DNA of 64,000 bases from Piromyces finnis finn (GCA_002104945.1 MCFH01000031.1:248001-312000), one strand, 5' to 3'; shown: positions 35,339 through 59,176, counted from the stretch's first letter. Made by a program: numbers and translations. The notes: generated by a model from the letters alone, not told the origin.

Positions 35339-36940
35339 TGTAATGTTTTTTTCCCCTTTTTGTATATTTCCTTTTTTTTTTATATATATATATATATATA
35401 TCTTTATTTTTCTATTTTGAAAAGATGTTAATAAATAACGGTGAAATTTTATTCCTCCATATTTTTTTTTTCAGTATTATTTAAATGTTGCTAAGCACTT
35501 GAGGTAAAAAATAAGGAATTCTTTTCGCTTTTATTAGCTACAATTTAATTTTTGAGTTATTTACAAAAGGATGATTTTAATAATAATAATAAAAAAAACA
35601 TTTATTTATTAATTTTTATAATTTTACCTTAGAAATAGATAGTTTTTTTTTTGATAATAAATATTTTTATTATTATTTATTTACACAGTTTTTACTGCTT
35701 CTGTTTTCTGCTTTTATTTTCTTTTATTGTTTCATTTGCTTTTTTTTTTTTTTTTTTAATCTATATTCAATGTTGAATTTTTCTATTGATAAGATTATTA
35801 TATAAAAATAAATATATGTAAAAATTAATATGATTGTAATGTTTAATTAATTTGATATAATTTATTAATAAAAAAAGTTAATTAAATATAGTTCAAAATT
35901 CAAAAATATAATAATATATATATTAAAATTATTGAGAATATGGCTAAGTTTTTTTTTTTTTTTCTTTTATATTTATTATAAAGATTAGTAAAGATTATTT
36001 TTTTTAATAAATATCTATGGTAATAATAACAATTATTATAATATTAGATTTACTTTTTGTCTATTACTTTATTATTATTGTCCATATTAATATTAGATAC
36101 ATTTTTTTTTCTTTTATTAAATAAATTAAAATTTGAAGCTTTAAATATAATTAATATATGAATAATATCGATCAATATTTTTTATTTTTTAAAGAAATAG
36201 CTTTATTATAATAATGAAATATTATAATAATAGTATTAATACTTTTAATAAATAAACAAAAAAAATAAGCAATAGTCAATATTCAAATCTATGATATTTT
36301 AATTATATGAAATAATAGATTTATGAAAATTTTATTTAATCGAAAAACTATTTTTTTTTATATATTAATTAATTGCAAAAAACTTTCAATAATATATTTA
36401 TTAAAACAGAAAAATAATGAAGATTAAATGATATTTATAGTTATTGGATTCATTCTAGTTTAACAATATACCATTACAACATATATCTTCCTATATAATG
36501 TCCAAAACAAAAACAAAATAATATATATATATATATATATATAAGAAAAAATAAAAACATTTTTTATAATATTAAATAAATATATATTGTTCTTTCCTTT
36601 CTCTTAACATTATAATATATAGTTCAACATATAAAATAATTATATAGTAAATTGCTATTAATAATTATGAAAAATGTTATATAAGAGCATTTTTATTAAA
36701 CCTATTACTACTATTCACAAACACATATAATATAATAACATTATTTTTATTTTTTTATTTTTATTTTTTTTATTTTATAAAAATGTATTGTATAATACAA
36801 AGATATGAAATTTATTAGTATTATACTACAATTTCATTATCAAAATGTTTTTTTATTAGTTTGTTTTATGATTTTTTCTTTTTGGATAATAATTCTTATA
36901 TTATATATTTATTTCATATTAATATATTAATATAATAAAT

Positions 36941-37501
36941 TTAATCCTTCTTCTTTAATAATGTAGATTTTGGTTTATTATCCTTTGGTTCTTCTTCTTT
37001 TGGTGGGACGTAAGCTTCACCAGTAACCTTGTTAATGTAATTATTCATGGTCTTGTTTTCTTTTTCAAGACGGGCAACAGTTTCACGAAGACCATTACGT
37101 TCCTTACGATAACGACCACTACGTAAAACAACTAAATGAAGTAAGTAAAGAACAATACCACTGTATAAAGTAAATATAAGAATATAGAAATCACGTTGAG
37201 TTTTATGTAAACTTTTTGTAGTTTGTGTAATAACTTCTTGACTAGTTGGGAACTTGTAAACTCTGTCAACTTGTTCATTTAAATACTTTAAATGACGTAT
37301 ATTGTCAGCAAGTAATAATGCAATGAAAACTTGAATAACTCCATAGCAAAATCTGATTTTATTTAATAAATCATTTTTTGAAGATGTGAATTTTTCGACG
37401 ATAGTACGACGGAATGGAACTCTCCATGGAACAGCTAAATATAAAATTAACAAGCATTGAATGCATAAAATGTAGGAAATAACTAAGATGAAAGGTGTCA
37501 T
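36941..37501 (-). CDS. BAP29/BAP31-family ER membrane protein (Yet-like)
   Basis: Three TM helices, LHKTQRDFYI motif, C-terminal coiled coil and a terminal KKKD ER-retrieval signal. Confidence 0.85.
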   Translation of the reverse strand: MTPFILVISYILCIQCLLILYLAVPWRVPFRRTIVEKFTSSKNDLLNKIRFCYGVIQVFIALLLADNIRHLKYLNEQVDRVYKFPTSQEVITQTTKSLHKTQRDFYILIFTLYSGIVLYLLHLVVLRSGRYRKERNGLRETVARLEKENKTMNNYINKVTGEAYVPPKEEEPKDNKPKSTLLKKKD

Positions 37502-38183
37502 TTTTATTCTATTTTAATTTAATTTTGTATTATTGTTTATTATCAAAATTGATTTATGTTTATATATAATTTGTAGTTTATATTCTTAATATTTTTAAAT
37601 AAAAAGATAATTTTATTTTTCTCTTTTTTTTGAAATTTATATTGGATATTTTTTAATAATCCTAAATTACTATTTTAAATATTTTTTGTTTTCTTTTTTA
37701 TAAAAGAAATTAATATAAAATATAAAAGTTAAGAATAAAAAAAGGAATTAACAAAATAAATTATAATTTATATTGCTTTCAATTAATAAAGTTTCAATTA
37801 GTCATTAATATTTTTTTTAATTCCTATTAAATTATATATTGATTTAATATATCATAAAATTTTAAAGATTTTCCATTAACATAGAACATATTTAATATAT
37901 TATAATATAAATAGTATAATAAATTAGATTTAATTATGAAATACCATATATAAAAATATATGAAGAAAGATAAAAAAAAAATAATATCAGAAAGTGGCAA
38001 ATGATGAATAATATTTTTTTCATTCTAAGTTATAAATATTAGGTCATTATAAATATTTATAGTATTATTTCGTTTTATTAAAATTACTAAAATCATACGT
38101 TATAAGTATTCATTTTCTTAGTAAAGAACAACTACAACAATAATAATTAGAGAAATCATTAATTATTGAATAATTATAATAGC

Positions 38184-38185
38184 AA

Positions 38186-38256
<71 letters not shown>

Positions 38257-38259
38257 ATA
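38184..38259. repeat. (AAAT)n microsatellite
   Basis: Perfect tetranucleotide run. Confidence 0.95.
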
Positions 38260-39010
38260 GATTATAAAAAAATTAAAAACAGGTGATAAATTATATACTT
38301 TCCTTATATTAATAAGGAAAATTAACAATTAGATAATGTCAAAATTCATGTATTGAAAATATTATTTTATGTAACATGATTAGTTTAAAAAAAATATGTG
38401 AAGATTTATATGTATATAACAAGAAAAAAATAATAAAAGAGAAGGATAATGCTTTCTTTTAGCAAATCTAATTAGAATAATCAAAGAAAAACTATTAAGT
38501 ATTTGAATTCAAAAACTTAAAATTTATTAATATATTAATGGCGTACCCTTATAGAAATCATTATTGGAACCAAGCAATTTAAATATTTTTTATGGAGACA
38601 TTCATTAACTAATACTGAATTTTTTAAAGATCCTTCGGATAAACGATATGAAACTGTAATATTTTTTTTAAATTATCGTTTTTATAAAAATTTTAAATAT
38701 TCTTTTATTATAATAAAACACCTTAAAACATTTAATATTTATATTTTATTTATGTAATTATTCTTATTTTATTTATTATTTTATTTTATTTTTCTTTATT
38801 TTTATTTTTTTTCTATTTTTCTTTTTTATTTGCTTTTATTGTTTTTTTTAAAGTATTGAAGTTATTTTTTTTTAATTTTTTTTTATTGAATAAGAAATTA
38901 TATTATGCTAATTCATTCATTTTTATTTTTCTTTGATAATTGATTATTGTATGTTATACTTTTTTTACGACTTTATTAATATAATTTAAATTCTATTTAA
39001 AACACTTTAT

Positions 39011-40387
39011 TTAAAAGTAGCCTGGTAAAATGTATTCAATCTTACGAACAGCTTCTAGGTTTCTAGCTTCCTTGGCAGTAATAGAAGCAAATCTCATACT
39101 TCCCTTTAAAGCTTTAACTCTTGGTAATTCGACCTTGTTTTCGTATAAGGCTTCTTCTAAAGCTGGAAGAATATTAACAGCTAATTGATTGGCATTAGAA
39201 GTGTTAGCGTTTAAGTTAGCGACAACAGTTTCAACAGTAACAACTTCTTCAGAAACTCTCCAACTGTCATAATCAGTAGCCATACAAATCATTTGGTAGG
39301 CAATTTCAGCTTCCATAGCAAGTTTGGCTTCTGGTAAAACAGACATGTTAATAATATCACCACCAACCATACGGTACATGTTAGATTCTGCACGAGTAGA
39401 GAAAGCTGGACCTTCCATACAAATTAAACATTTGTCACGGTGCATTTCAACATTTTCACCTTGTAAGGTGTTTTTTTGACTATAAATGATATCAGCTAAA
39501 TCTTTGTTGAATGGTTCACCGAAAGCAATGTGAGCAGCACAACCCTTTTCAAAGAAGGTACTTGGACGAATACCCTTAGTACGGTCAATAATTTGAGATG
39601 GTAAAATGAAATCACGTGGCTTAATTTCTTCACGAAGGGAGCCGACAGCAGAGAAAGCAATAATAACTTCAACACCAATGGACTTTAAGGCAGCAATGTT
39701 AGCTCTGGCTGGAACTTCAGATGGGTTTAAGTGGTGACCAGTACCATGACGAGCAAGAAAAGCAACATGATTACCTGAAGCAGTTTCGCAAATAACAATC
39801 TTAGCACTTGGCTTTCCCCATGGCTATGTTTATTTATTAGAAGAATTAAGAAAATAATGATAATAATAAAAAATAAGGTTAATTTTTTTAAAAAAAAATT
39901 AAGAAAAATATTTAAAACTTATATAATATACAAGATTTATTAACTTTAAAAAACTATTTATTATTAAAATTTCTATGATAATTTAATTTATTAAATCTAT
40001 AATTAAATTTGAGTAAACTCGATATTTGATGGGAAACTTTCTTATTTAAATTATATTGCCTTCTTTTTTTAAAAGAAAAAAATCACATCCTTTATAATGC
40101 TATATATATGTAAATTGTAAAATTTTTATTATTATCTATTTAATTATCTATCTTTAAATTGTAAATTATTTATTTTGGCTTAAAAATATTCAAGAAATAT
40201 TTCTTATAGATTTGAAATCTTTGTTCAATAATGTTTATTTCTAATTCCAAATTCTTCGAATCTAAAAATTATCCTTATTAATATTTACAGTTTCTGGTTC
40301 AATTTCATCAACTGGCTTTAAGGTATCTAAACGGTATAAACCAGAACCACCAATGAATGCAATTTTAACGTCAGTGTACTTGCTCAT
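39011..40387 (-). CDS. MEU1: S-methyl-5'-thioadenosine phosphorylase, 2 exons
   Basis: Exon 1 40387-40289 (IAFIGGSGLY...PET); exon 2 39823-39011 (PWGKPS, FLARHG, AFSAVGSL, MEGPAFSTRAES, INMS, MATDYDSW). Confidence 0.95.
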
Positions 40388-40492
40388 ATTGTTTTAATAA
40401 CAGTATAATAAAATTTTTGTATTATTATTATTGTGTGAATGAATAAAAAAAAAAAAATAAAGTTTATATGTAATTATTTTAAAAGTTTCTAC

Positions 40493-40500
40493 ATGATTGG
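40493..40500 (-). promoter_or_regulatory. CCAAT box upstream of MTAP
   Basis: ATGATTGG about 106 bp upstream of the ATG, matching the HIS7 spacing. Confidence 0.45.
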
Positions 40501-41578
40501 TTATAAATCAATATATCAAAATATTTAAAATATTTTGATATTATTAATTAATTTTTTTAAAAAAAAATATAAGTATTTTTTGACAGAAATGATTAATTAA
40601 TAAAACTTTTTGTTATATGTTCTTTTCAAAAAAAAAAAAAAAAAGAAAAAAAAATTAAAATAAAATTAAAAAAGCATTATGTATTTATTTTACATTTATT
40701 CTTCATACATATTGTTTGTTTATTTACATAATTTTTAATCTTTTTCAAAGTATTATCATTTAAATTAAATATAGGCATTGAGGTATTAAATTAATTACTA
40801 AAATATATATACATACACCAGCAATTTCATTTTATTAAAAAATTTAAGTATTTTTTAATATTAAATACTAAAATTTTATTATATTATTTATATTATTTAT
40901 TATATAGAAAAGATGAAATAATGAAAACTTGAAATCAAATTTGAATTGTTTATTTTTTATTTTTTTTTTTTAATTATATTATTTAAAAGATTGGCACTTA
41001 TAAATTAATAATTTTAAACTTAGATAGCATATAAAGTTGAAATATAATAAAATTTAAATTTTTTATATTTTAAAAAAAAAAGAACATATATAATTATAGT
41101 ATACTTTTAGTATTATATAATAAATATATTAATAATATTTATAATTAAAATTTTAATTATTAGATTATATTAATCCACAATCATAAAATCATTTATATTT
41201 ATAAAATAATACTTTATATTCATTGATATAAAATATTGAATATAGTTTAAAAATAAAGTAAGGTAATTAGTTTTTTTTTTAAAAAAAAATAATAATAAGA
41301 ACCATTATAGAGATTATTCAATGTATATATTATAACTTCATAAATGCAAAAATGAAATGATTATATGAAATGTTAAAAATAATTATTTCCTAAATTATTA
41401 CCATTATACATATAGTGTAATAATATTATATTACAAATTTTGTTCTTATTTTAATATATATTATCAAAATATAAATATATATATAAATATATATTAGAGT
41501 TTAATAATAATTTGAAATTATTCATTAAAGTCAACCAAAAGAGAATTAAAAAAGTATATACTTTGTATTTTAATCAAA

Positions 41579-50185
<8,607 letters not shown>

Positions 50186-51872
50186 TTAATCAAGTATTAA
50201 CAAAAATATAGAGTAAATTTTTATCTACATTATTATTCATATAATATAAAAGACAAATTAAAAAAACAAAAATAACAGCAAATATTTTAAATAAACTATA
50301 AAATTTTATTGTTTTACTTTTTTTTTTTTATTTTTTTTAATAATATATTTATTATAAATGAATATAAATTATAACAATTTGTAATTTTGATTAAAATTTT
50401 GGTAAATATGATAAGGAGTATTTTTATAAAAAGACCTATCATATTATTTCAATTTTATAATTAAAAAATTACTTTTAAAGAATTTTAAAAGTAAAGAAAA
50501 ATTAATAAAAATGTTTAAAAAAAAACTTTAGCAAAAGTTATATTTATTCATTATGTAATTTTATGAAGCTTTTTTTTTTTTTTTGTTAATATAGAAGATG
50601 CTTATGATAATTAAAATATTCAAATATTATTCTGAGCTTTTTACATATTCAGTAGTTAATAATTCCATAAATAAAAATTATTTAGAATTGTTTTTCCTTA
50701 TTTAATAATTAAAACGCAATTCCTTTTTTTTTTTTTTTTTTAGGTCATTTCCTTGTGTAAATCATATTTCAATATGAATTATTATTAAAAACTATATTTG
50801 CTTTTTTTTTTTTTTTTTTTAAAATAACTATTATTTAAATAAATGGAAAATACAATGAAAATATAAAAGTTCATTATTTGATTCGATTTATTTTTAAAAA
50901 TTTACTTTGCACTAATATTTGATTATTTTTAAATTAATATTATAATCTAAATTATTAATAATATTATTAAGTAATTAAAGTTATTAAAGAAGAAAAGAAA
51001 ATAATATTAAAAAAAAAAAAAAACAAAATTTAAATTAATAATAATAAATAAGCTTTTTTTCTGTATACTATGATAATATTAAATTTTCATTTAATTCATT
51101 TAGAAATTCTAAAATTTTTTTTGTATAAGTTTTAATAATAAATATTAATTAAAAATAAACATTTTTTAAATAATAGCCATATTTATCTATATAAGAGGCT
51201 TCTTCTTTTATTATTGCGGTCTAATTTCATAAATATGTTATTAATACATTAACAATACTATAATTCATATGTCTTTTGATATTGATTAAAGTTTGAAAAA
51301 ATATTGTATTTAAAATATTTATATAAAAATATAAAACTCAATAAAATATAATATATATTAATTTATTATTGAAGTTTTTTTTTTTTGATTAAAAAATCAA
51401 TTAAAACTAATGCAATTATTGGTTATTATTAATATTATTATAATTTATTTGTATATTATTAATATATATAAAACAATCTTAAATTTAAGTTCGTTTATTT
51501 AAAATTAAATATTAATTAAATTATTACATTAATGTTTCACAAATTAACATGTATGAATATATTAATTTAAATATAAATGAAGTAAATTTGTTTAATTATA
51601 TTATTGGGAATCCAATTTATTATAATTATTATATTCAATTAAAATATTACATTTTACAATATATTACTATTTTATGGTATTATTATAGATCAAACTAAGC
51701 ACAAAACATTATTTATATAGTTAAGAATTCCCTCTTTTTTTTTTTTTTTTTTTCTTTTCTTTTCTATTTTATTTTATTTTATTTTATTTTATTTTATTTA
51801 TTATCCTTTGTTCTATAAATATAATATTTTAAAATATAAAATATAAAGAAAAACTCTTCCAAAAAAATATTA

Positions 51873-51931
<59 letters not shown>

Positions 51932-51996
51932 AAAAATAAATATAAATAAAAATTATAAAAATTAAAATAATAGAAAATATTAAAATAAATTAAAAA

Positions 51997-54001
51997 ATGA
52001 AGTATAGTAAAATAGCTAATTTATTATTAGTATGCAGTTCTTCTTTGGCAGCTCAAGTCACTTATAATTGTATTGCCTTTCCAAATGAATTTGGAGGGCA
52101 ATCAGTTGGTTTAGTATTAAATGGTAATATTATTCCAATGACTTCAAACATTCAAGGTAAATGGAACGTTCAAGCAGATATGCCAACAAAGGATTTCCAC
52201 TTCGCTATTCTTTCTAGCGCAAATCAAATAATAAAGAGTGAAGAACTTAGTAGAGAATGGGATTCAAAAGATGATAAATCTGATAATTACATTTTTGGAA
52301 AGTTAAATAACAATATTAAGAACGAAGAAATTGCAAAGGTTCCAAGAGCTTATCCACAATTATCAAATGAAAAGGAATTTTCAAAACTTTTCCAGGAAGG
52401 TCAAGTTAAAGTTATTAATATAGTTGCTGATCAAGCTGTATTGAATAATTTACATCAAAGTACAAAATTAGCTAAAGTTGGTGCTAATAGTGATACCACT
52501 GTTGAAATGTACTTAATGGGGTAAGTATAATTTTAATAAAGAATTAAAATATTTATTTTTATTAAAAATTAATTTAAATATTTAATAAAAAAACTTATTA
52601 TAGTGATGATTCAGTTAAACATTTCACAAATGTTACTTTATCATTTTCCGGTATGGGTTCCAGAGGTTTCGCTAAACGTCCATACAAAATAAAGCTTTCC
52701 GATGGTCCTAATGATACTAAGGATAACAAATCAGTAAATGGTAGAAATTCATTTAAATTAAGAAATCTTGCATATGATTGTTCATATGTTAGACAAAAAA
52801 TTGTTACTGATGTTGGTCATGCAATTGGTGTTATTTTACCCCAAGTTAGTTTTGCTCGTTTATATATGAATGGTGAACCATATGGTTTGTGAGTATAAAT
52901 ATATATTTGAATATAAGGTGTTAATATTATATTTATTTAAATTAATTTATTTTTTTATGAATTTTAAAAATATAAAGATATGAACTTACCGATAACCCAA
53001 AAAAGAATTGGATTAAGAAGATTATTCATGAAAACTCACTTAAAGAAAATGAGAAGGTTGGCTCATTATACAAGGGTGTTTCTTATTCCGATGAAGTATT
53101 CGTTCCAGCTTCATTAAATGTTGAAAATGATAATAAATGGTATGAAATTTTATATGAATGTGAAAATGAAGTTGAAGGACAAATTCCATACACAGACATC
53201 AAGAAATTTATTAATTGGGTTAGTACAATAAATAATAATACATCTATTGATGAAATTAATAAGAACTTTGAAGTCGATTTATTCCTTAAATATATGGTTA
53301 TTGAATATCTTATTGGTCATTGGGATGGTTACTGGGTTGGTGGTAATAACTTCTATCTTTATAAGAATCCAATCACTGGCAAATATTTGTTTATGTCATT
53401 TGATTTCGATCTTACATTGGGTATGTGGGATCCATATCCAGCTGAAACTTTCTATACTAATTGGAAATCAAAAAAGAGTACAATTTCACCTGCTTTAATT
53501 AATAAGATTTTATATAATCCTTACTTCCAAATAAAATTTGAAGAATATTTAGAAACAACTGTACAAAAGACTTTTAATATATATGCTTTAGGACCTCGTT
53601 TAGATTACATTAAAAAATTCTTATATGAAGATATTGCATGGGATAAAACCGTAACACCAAAAGCTGTTGCACTTCATAAAGATAAATCAACTACACTTCA
53701 AGAATCATTAAATGCTTTCGAAAATTCTTCTTGTGAAGCAGATTATGGTTTAAAGGAATGGATTTCATTACGTTCCGAATTCGTTGCTAAGTCTTTAGGT
53801 TTTTCTATTTCAAATAATGTTGACTATTCATTAGGTTCTGTTGGAAACAAAATTATTAAAGAAAAGGATGATAAAAATACTCCAGAAAAAGATGAAAGTT
53901 TTAATAATTTAAGTAATGCTCAAAGTTCTTCAGCAACAACTACCCTTAATTTCTCCATTTTAAGCATGTTAATAATGGCTATTTTTACTATAATATTCTA
54001 A
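51997..54001 (+). CDS. CotH-family kinase-like protein, secreted, probable GPI anchor, 3 exons
   Basis: Exons 51997-52520, 52604-52888, 52978-54001. Signal peptide; GMGSRGFAKRPYKIKL; FKLRNLAYD; HWDGYWVGGNNFYLY and FDFD. Ser-rich omega region followed by a hydrophobic C-terminus. Confidence 0.92.
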
Positions 54002-54985
54002 ATTAAATTATTATGATTAATTTAATAAAATCAAAATTTTTGAAATATATAGACAATGAAAAATTTAAAAATAAATTATTATTATATATTTAATATTTTA
54101 AAATTTCTTATCAATTAGTTTTATTATTAAATAAAAAAAATAAATTATAAAATAAAAAAAGAATAAAGAATAAATATCGTTTTATAAAACATATTTGACA
54201 TTTAAAATATTCATAATTAATATATTTTGAGAAATTGAAAAACATTAATAAAATATTTTTTTTGGTTTTTTCTTATAATTGCTATTAGTATAATATTTAT
54301 TCCATTATGTGCTAAAATTCATATAAAAAAGTTAAAACTTTTTTCATTCATTTAAACTAGTTTAAAAAAGAAATAAAAAAGTTGCTGCCTTTATTATTAT
54401 TTTGTATTTCATTGTATGGAACCAAAGATTTTTCAGGTTTATTTTTATATTTTGTTACTACAGCTAGCCCTAATATGTAAATGAAGAAATAATAGAATAA
54501 AATTCATCGTTATTGGTTTCTTTGTTTATTATATCCTACTTACATTAATAAATTTTTATTATTGAATTTAAATTTTAATTTTTTATTAAGAATTATTTTA
54601 CATGTGCTATATTAAATTTTAATTTTTAATTAAATAATTAAATAATGTTTATATTTTCATAAGGAAAGAAAAAAAGTTTTATTATGAAAAATGAAAAGTG
54701 AAAAGATAAATCTTTTTTTTTTCTTTCTTTTTTTTTTTTTTTTGAATTAAAACTTTTTTTATTATAAAAAAGAAAACTAAGCAAATATACCCTAATACTA
54801 ATATTTATTTATTTATTAATTAGTTAATGTATTTTTTTTTTTTCTATTTTAATAATTATTAATTATTAAATATTTTATAATAAAGATATTTAACAATTAC
54901 TTATTAGTGATAATAATAAGAGTGATTTACTTTTATTAATTAAAATTCAAGTTTAATGATTTTTTACTTGTAAAAATTACTATCA

Positions 54986-55688
54986 ATGAACTATATTCGT
55001 GTAAAAAATGTTTCTTTTGGAATAGTAAATTCAATTCCTTTAAAAAATGGAAAATATTTATTTTCTCAATTAGCCAATTCACAATTTAATAAAAAATATG
55101 GTGTTATTTATTTGAAATTTAATTCAACATATAAAAAAACAACGAATATTGTCGTAAATAGAAATCTTAATACTGTTTCGACAACCAAAAAATATTCATA
55201 TCAACATAATGTGTTAATAAATTCAAATACCTATGGACTTCGAGAGCAATTATATAAAACAATAAAATATAATTTATATAATTGTTCAAAATGCAATTTA
55301 TATGCTCAACCAAAGTCTAAAAAAGTTGAATATGACAATGCCTTATATGATAATAATGAAAAAAAAGTTAATGATTTCAAAAGAGATAGTTCAGATAATA
55401 TTAATATAGAAAGACAAAATATTAATAATAGCATTGAAGATGAATTAACTATTATATTAAATTCAAATGATAATTTTTTTGTTAAAGAATGGAAGCAATT
55501 AAAAAGTTTTGTATGGCATTTAATAATTGGTTCTCAAGTTCTTATTCATGAAGTTGAACAGTCAATGGAATTAAAACGAAAAAGAATGGATAATATTCCA
55601 TTAAGTAGAAGAGAATCTTTATTGGTATTTTATATAATATTGAGAATTGTTTAAGAATTATACAAAGTAAAAAAAAAGTAAATTAATA

Positions 55689-55723
<35 letters not shown>

Positions 55724-56900
55724 GACATAATATAGATAAGAAGGTCTTTTCACGATTCTATTTGCGTTTTCCCTTTCTTTTTACTTTTGATTACAGAACC
55801 ATATTATTTATATTTATTATGTTCAATATTTCCAACATTAGTTCCTTCAGTTTATATCACTCCATATATTCTAGTAAAGTCTATAAATTTAATAAGTATT
55901 TATAATAAAAATCAAATATTAAAATTAAAATTGTCATTATTTATATACCATTGATTAAATAAACTATTAAGAAAAAAAATATTGAAAAAAACAAAAAGCA
56001 TAGAAAAAAAATAGCAAAGAGGGCATCTAAATTAGAATCTTGGGTTTCTGTAAGTTTATTATATATATAATCACTATAGTTAATTATTAACCAATAAGTA
56101 ATATTGAATATTGAATAATATTAAAAATTTTTATTATCTTAAAATTATTAATTCTTAAAAAGTTTGATATTAGTGTTTTAAATAATGAAAATAAAGTACT
56201 TCAATTAGATGATATGGTAATGAGACAATTTGATGTTGATTCTTTAAGTTGGTGGCATTTAAAATCTTGCGCAGGGTAATAATAAATACTTAAAATTATG
56301 TTCATAAAGTAATAAAAGAAAAAAAGAACTAACTAATATTTATATAGATATTTAGGGTTATTTGGTTTATTACCGAAGTCAATATTAAAAATACGTATTG
56401 ATGAATACTTAGAATATATAAAATCTGATGATGAGGTAGGTTTATTCTATTCTAATAAGCTATTTAATTTAAACGTTCATATTTAAAAAATTTATTATAT
56501 TTATTGCAAAAATAGTTTATTTGTGAAGAAGGGATTGAATCATTGACATTAGATGAATTAAGACAAGCGAATGAACAACGTGGATTGTAATATAATATTA
56601 ATATAACATATTACATATAAGTTAGTAGATTTTAATAAGCTCTTATTATATTAACTATGTCATATTATGAAATATAGTAATTCTCTTGGATTAACTAAAG
56701 AAAAACTAATTTCCAATTTAACTCACTGGATTGATTTCTATTGTAATAATGAAAAAGTAGAGATTCCAAGAACAGTGATGATTCTTTCTCATATTTATTA
56801 TGATAATGTTAAGTATCAATCGGAACTTAAAAAAAGAAAAGAACTTAGAAAACTAAAAAGAAAAAGATTTTTAAATAAATATCTTTCCTTTTTATCATAA
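54986..56900 (+). CDS. LETM1/MDM38-family inner-membrane protein, multi-exon
   Basis: LSRRE...DKKVFSRFYLRFPFFLLLITEP TM region; later exons YLGLFGLLP, EYIKSDD...EEGIESLTLDELRQANEQRG typical of the LETM1 domain; basic N-terminal presequence-like region. Confidence 0.8.
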
Positions 56901-56974
56901 TATTATTAATATTATATTTATAATGAAATCTTAAAGCAAATTAAAGAAAAACTAAAGCAAATATATAATGAGGC

Positions 56975-57090
<116 letters not shown>

Positions 57091-57503
57091 TAATAATAAT
57101 AAAAATGTTAAAAAATAAAAAATAAAAGCAACAACAACAACAACAACAACAAAAAAAAAAAAAAAAAAAATTGCAGTATACATATATATAAATATTTTCA
57201 ATGTATTGATGTTATGTTTTTATATGTGCATTTTTATTAATTATTAAAATAATGATATAGAATTTTAGATTTCTATATCAACATATTAAAAATAATATTG
57301 AATTTTAAAATATATAAAATATTGTAAAAAAATTCTTTTGTGATTTATTTTAAAAGATGTTTATATAAATTAATATATAAAAAATCTTTTTAATTTTGAT
57401 TTTAAAGTTATACCTTAAATATGAAAAAATAAATAAATAAATAAAAAAAGATATAACAAAAGTATATAAATAATATTAAAAATAATTGAAAATTTTATGT
57501 ATT

Positions 57504-59176
57504 CTACTTCCAAGTGATACTAAGTTTTGGCTTTAAATCTTCTAATTCAGAAAGACATTTTTCCCATTGGTTCCAATCTTCTTCTTGATCTAAACTTACA
57601 TTTGCACCTAAAACTAATTCTTCTAAATCCTTAGCAAATCCATTCTTTATCATTTCACATAATAATTTCATATCGGTAGTTTTAATGCCATTTTCAGTCT
57701 TGTATTAAAAATTTTATTAATTGTTGATAATGATTTAAATATTTCGTTTTATTTTGATATTTTATATATTTTAAGAATAATAAATAACATTAATATTAAT
57801 TATTCGAAAATATTAAAAAACAAAAATTATTTTGTTAAGATAATCATCATAGATAAAATAAATTAAAATTTACTTACTAAGTGTAACTCTTTGAGGGAAG
57901 AACAACCAATGAATTGTTCATCAAATTTTAAAGAATTAATAAATTCTTCAGACCAACCATTAATTCTATTATTATGAAGTGTAATGATCTTAACCTTTGG
58001 AATGTATTGAAGAATATATTTGAATCCTTCAAATGTAATGTTATTCTTACTTAAATCTAAGATTTCTAATTTACCAGAGTTTTCAAGAGAATTTAATCCC
58101 ATTGCGGCTAAAGTTTTGATACCTTCATCTCCAATATTATTATTAATTAAAGTTATTTTCTTAAGTCTTGGACTAACAGCAAGAAGTGAAGCTAATGCTG
58201 AACAAGAATGACTAGTAATATTATTATTATTTAACATTAAAGTAGTAATTGTTGAAGTGGTGGTAGCTTGTAAATCATCTGTCAAAATGGATGATTGTGA
58301 AATCATTTTTGTTAATTTTGGTTGAGCTTTTACATTTGTGCTGTCATCAGTTACAGTTTGTTTTAAATTATTACAAATTGCAATTAAAGTTTCATCACCA
58401 ATATCAGTATTTGATAAATTAATCTTTCTTAAACCTATATTATCTTTCAAAACTTGACCAATAGCAATACCTCCTTCATCACCAATTTTATTTAATGATA
58501 GGTCTAATTCTTTAATACTGCAATGATTACTTAATGGTGTATTTGGACTTTCAAGTGGTGATTGTTCAACAACTTCCCACTTTAAAAGTTTTGCAATACC
58601 CTCTTTAATACCTCTTGGTCCAATTCCATTATCAATTAAATTTAAATTCTTAATTGTTTTATTTTGAGATTTTAAAAATCCATTACAAAGCTCAATACAT
58701 CCATCATCTCCAAGATTGTTTCTTGAAAGAGAAACAGTTAATAAAGTATTATTATTAAATAAAACCTTTTCACTGAAAATTTTAGAAGCTCTAAGACCAA
58801 TACTCTTATATTCTAAATTCCAAGTTTGAATACTTCTATTTTGTCCTATAGCACTACAAAGAACTGAAAATAAACTTTCATTGATTTCATCTTCATCTTC
58901 TGGTACTTCTCCTAATTTATTATTACCAATATCTAAGGAAATTAATGAAGCATTCTTAATTAATGCATTATATAAAGCTGAATAAGTTTCTTTTTCAATT
59001 GCATGACCAGATGCAGAGAAAGTGGTTAATGAAGTACAGGAAGCAATGGCATTAAGTAATAAAGTAAATTGATTTGGCTTAAGTCTTCTAAAAGGAAGAA
59101 TATATAATGAATTTAAATTATTTGATTCTATATTGTCAATCCACTTTTTTAAAAATTCAGGAACTTCTGTTGCCAT
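57504..59176 (-). CDS. RNI-like leucine-rich repeat protein, 2 exons
   Basis: 28-residue LRRs (LxxLxLxxNxIGDEG). Exon 1 ends at a GTAAGT donor near 57878; exon 2 57698-57504 ends ...LKPKLSITWK*. Confidence 0.85.
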
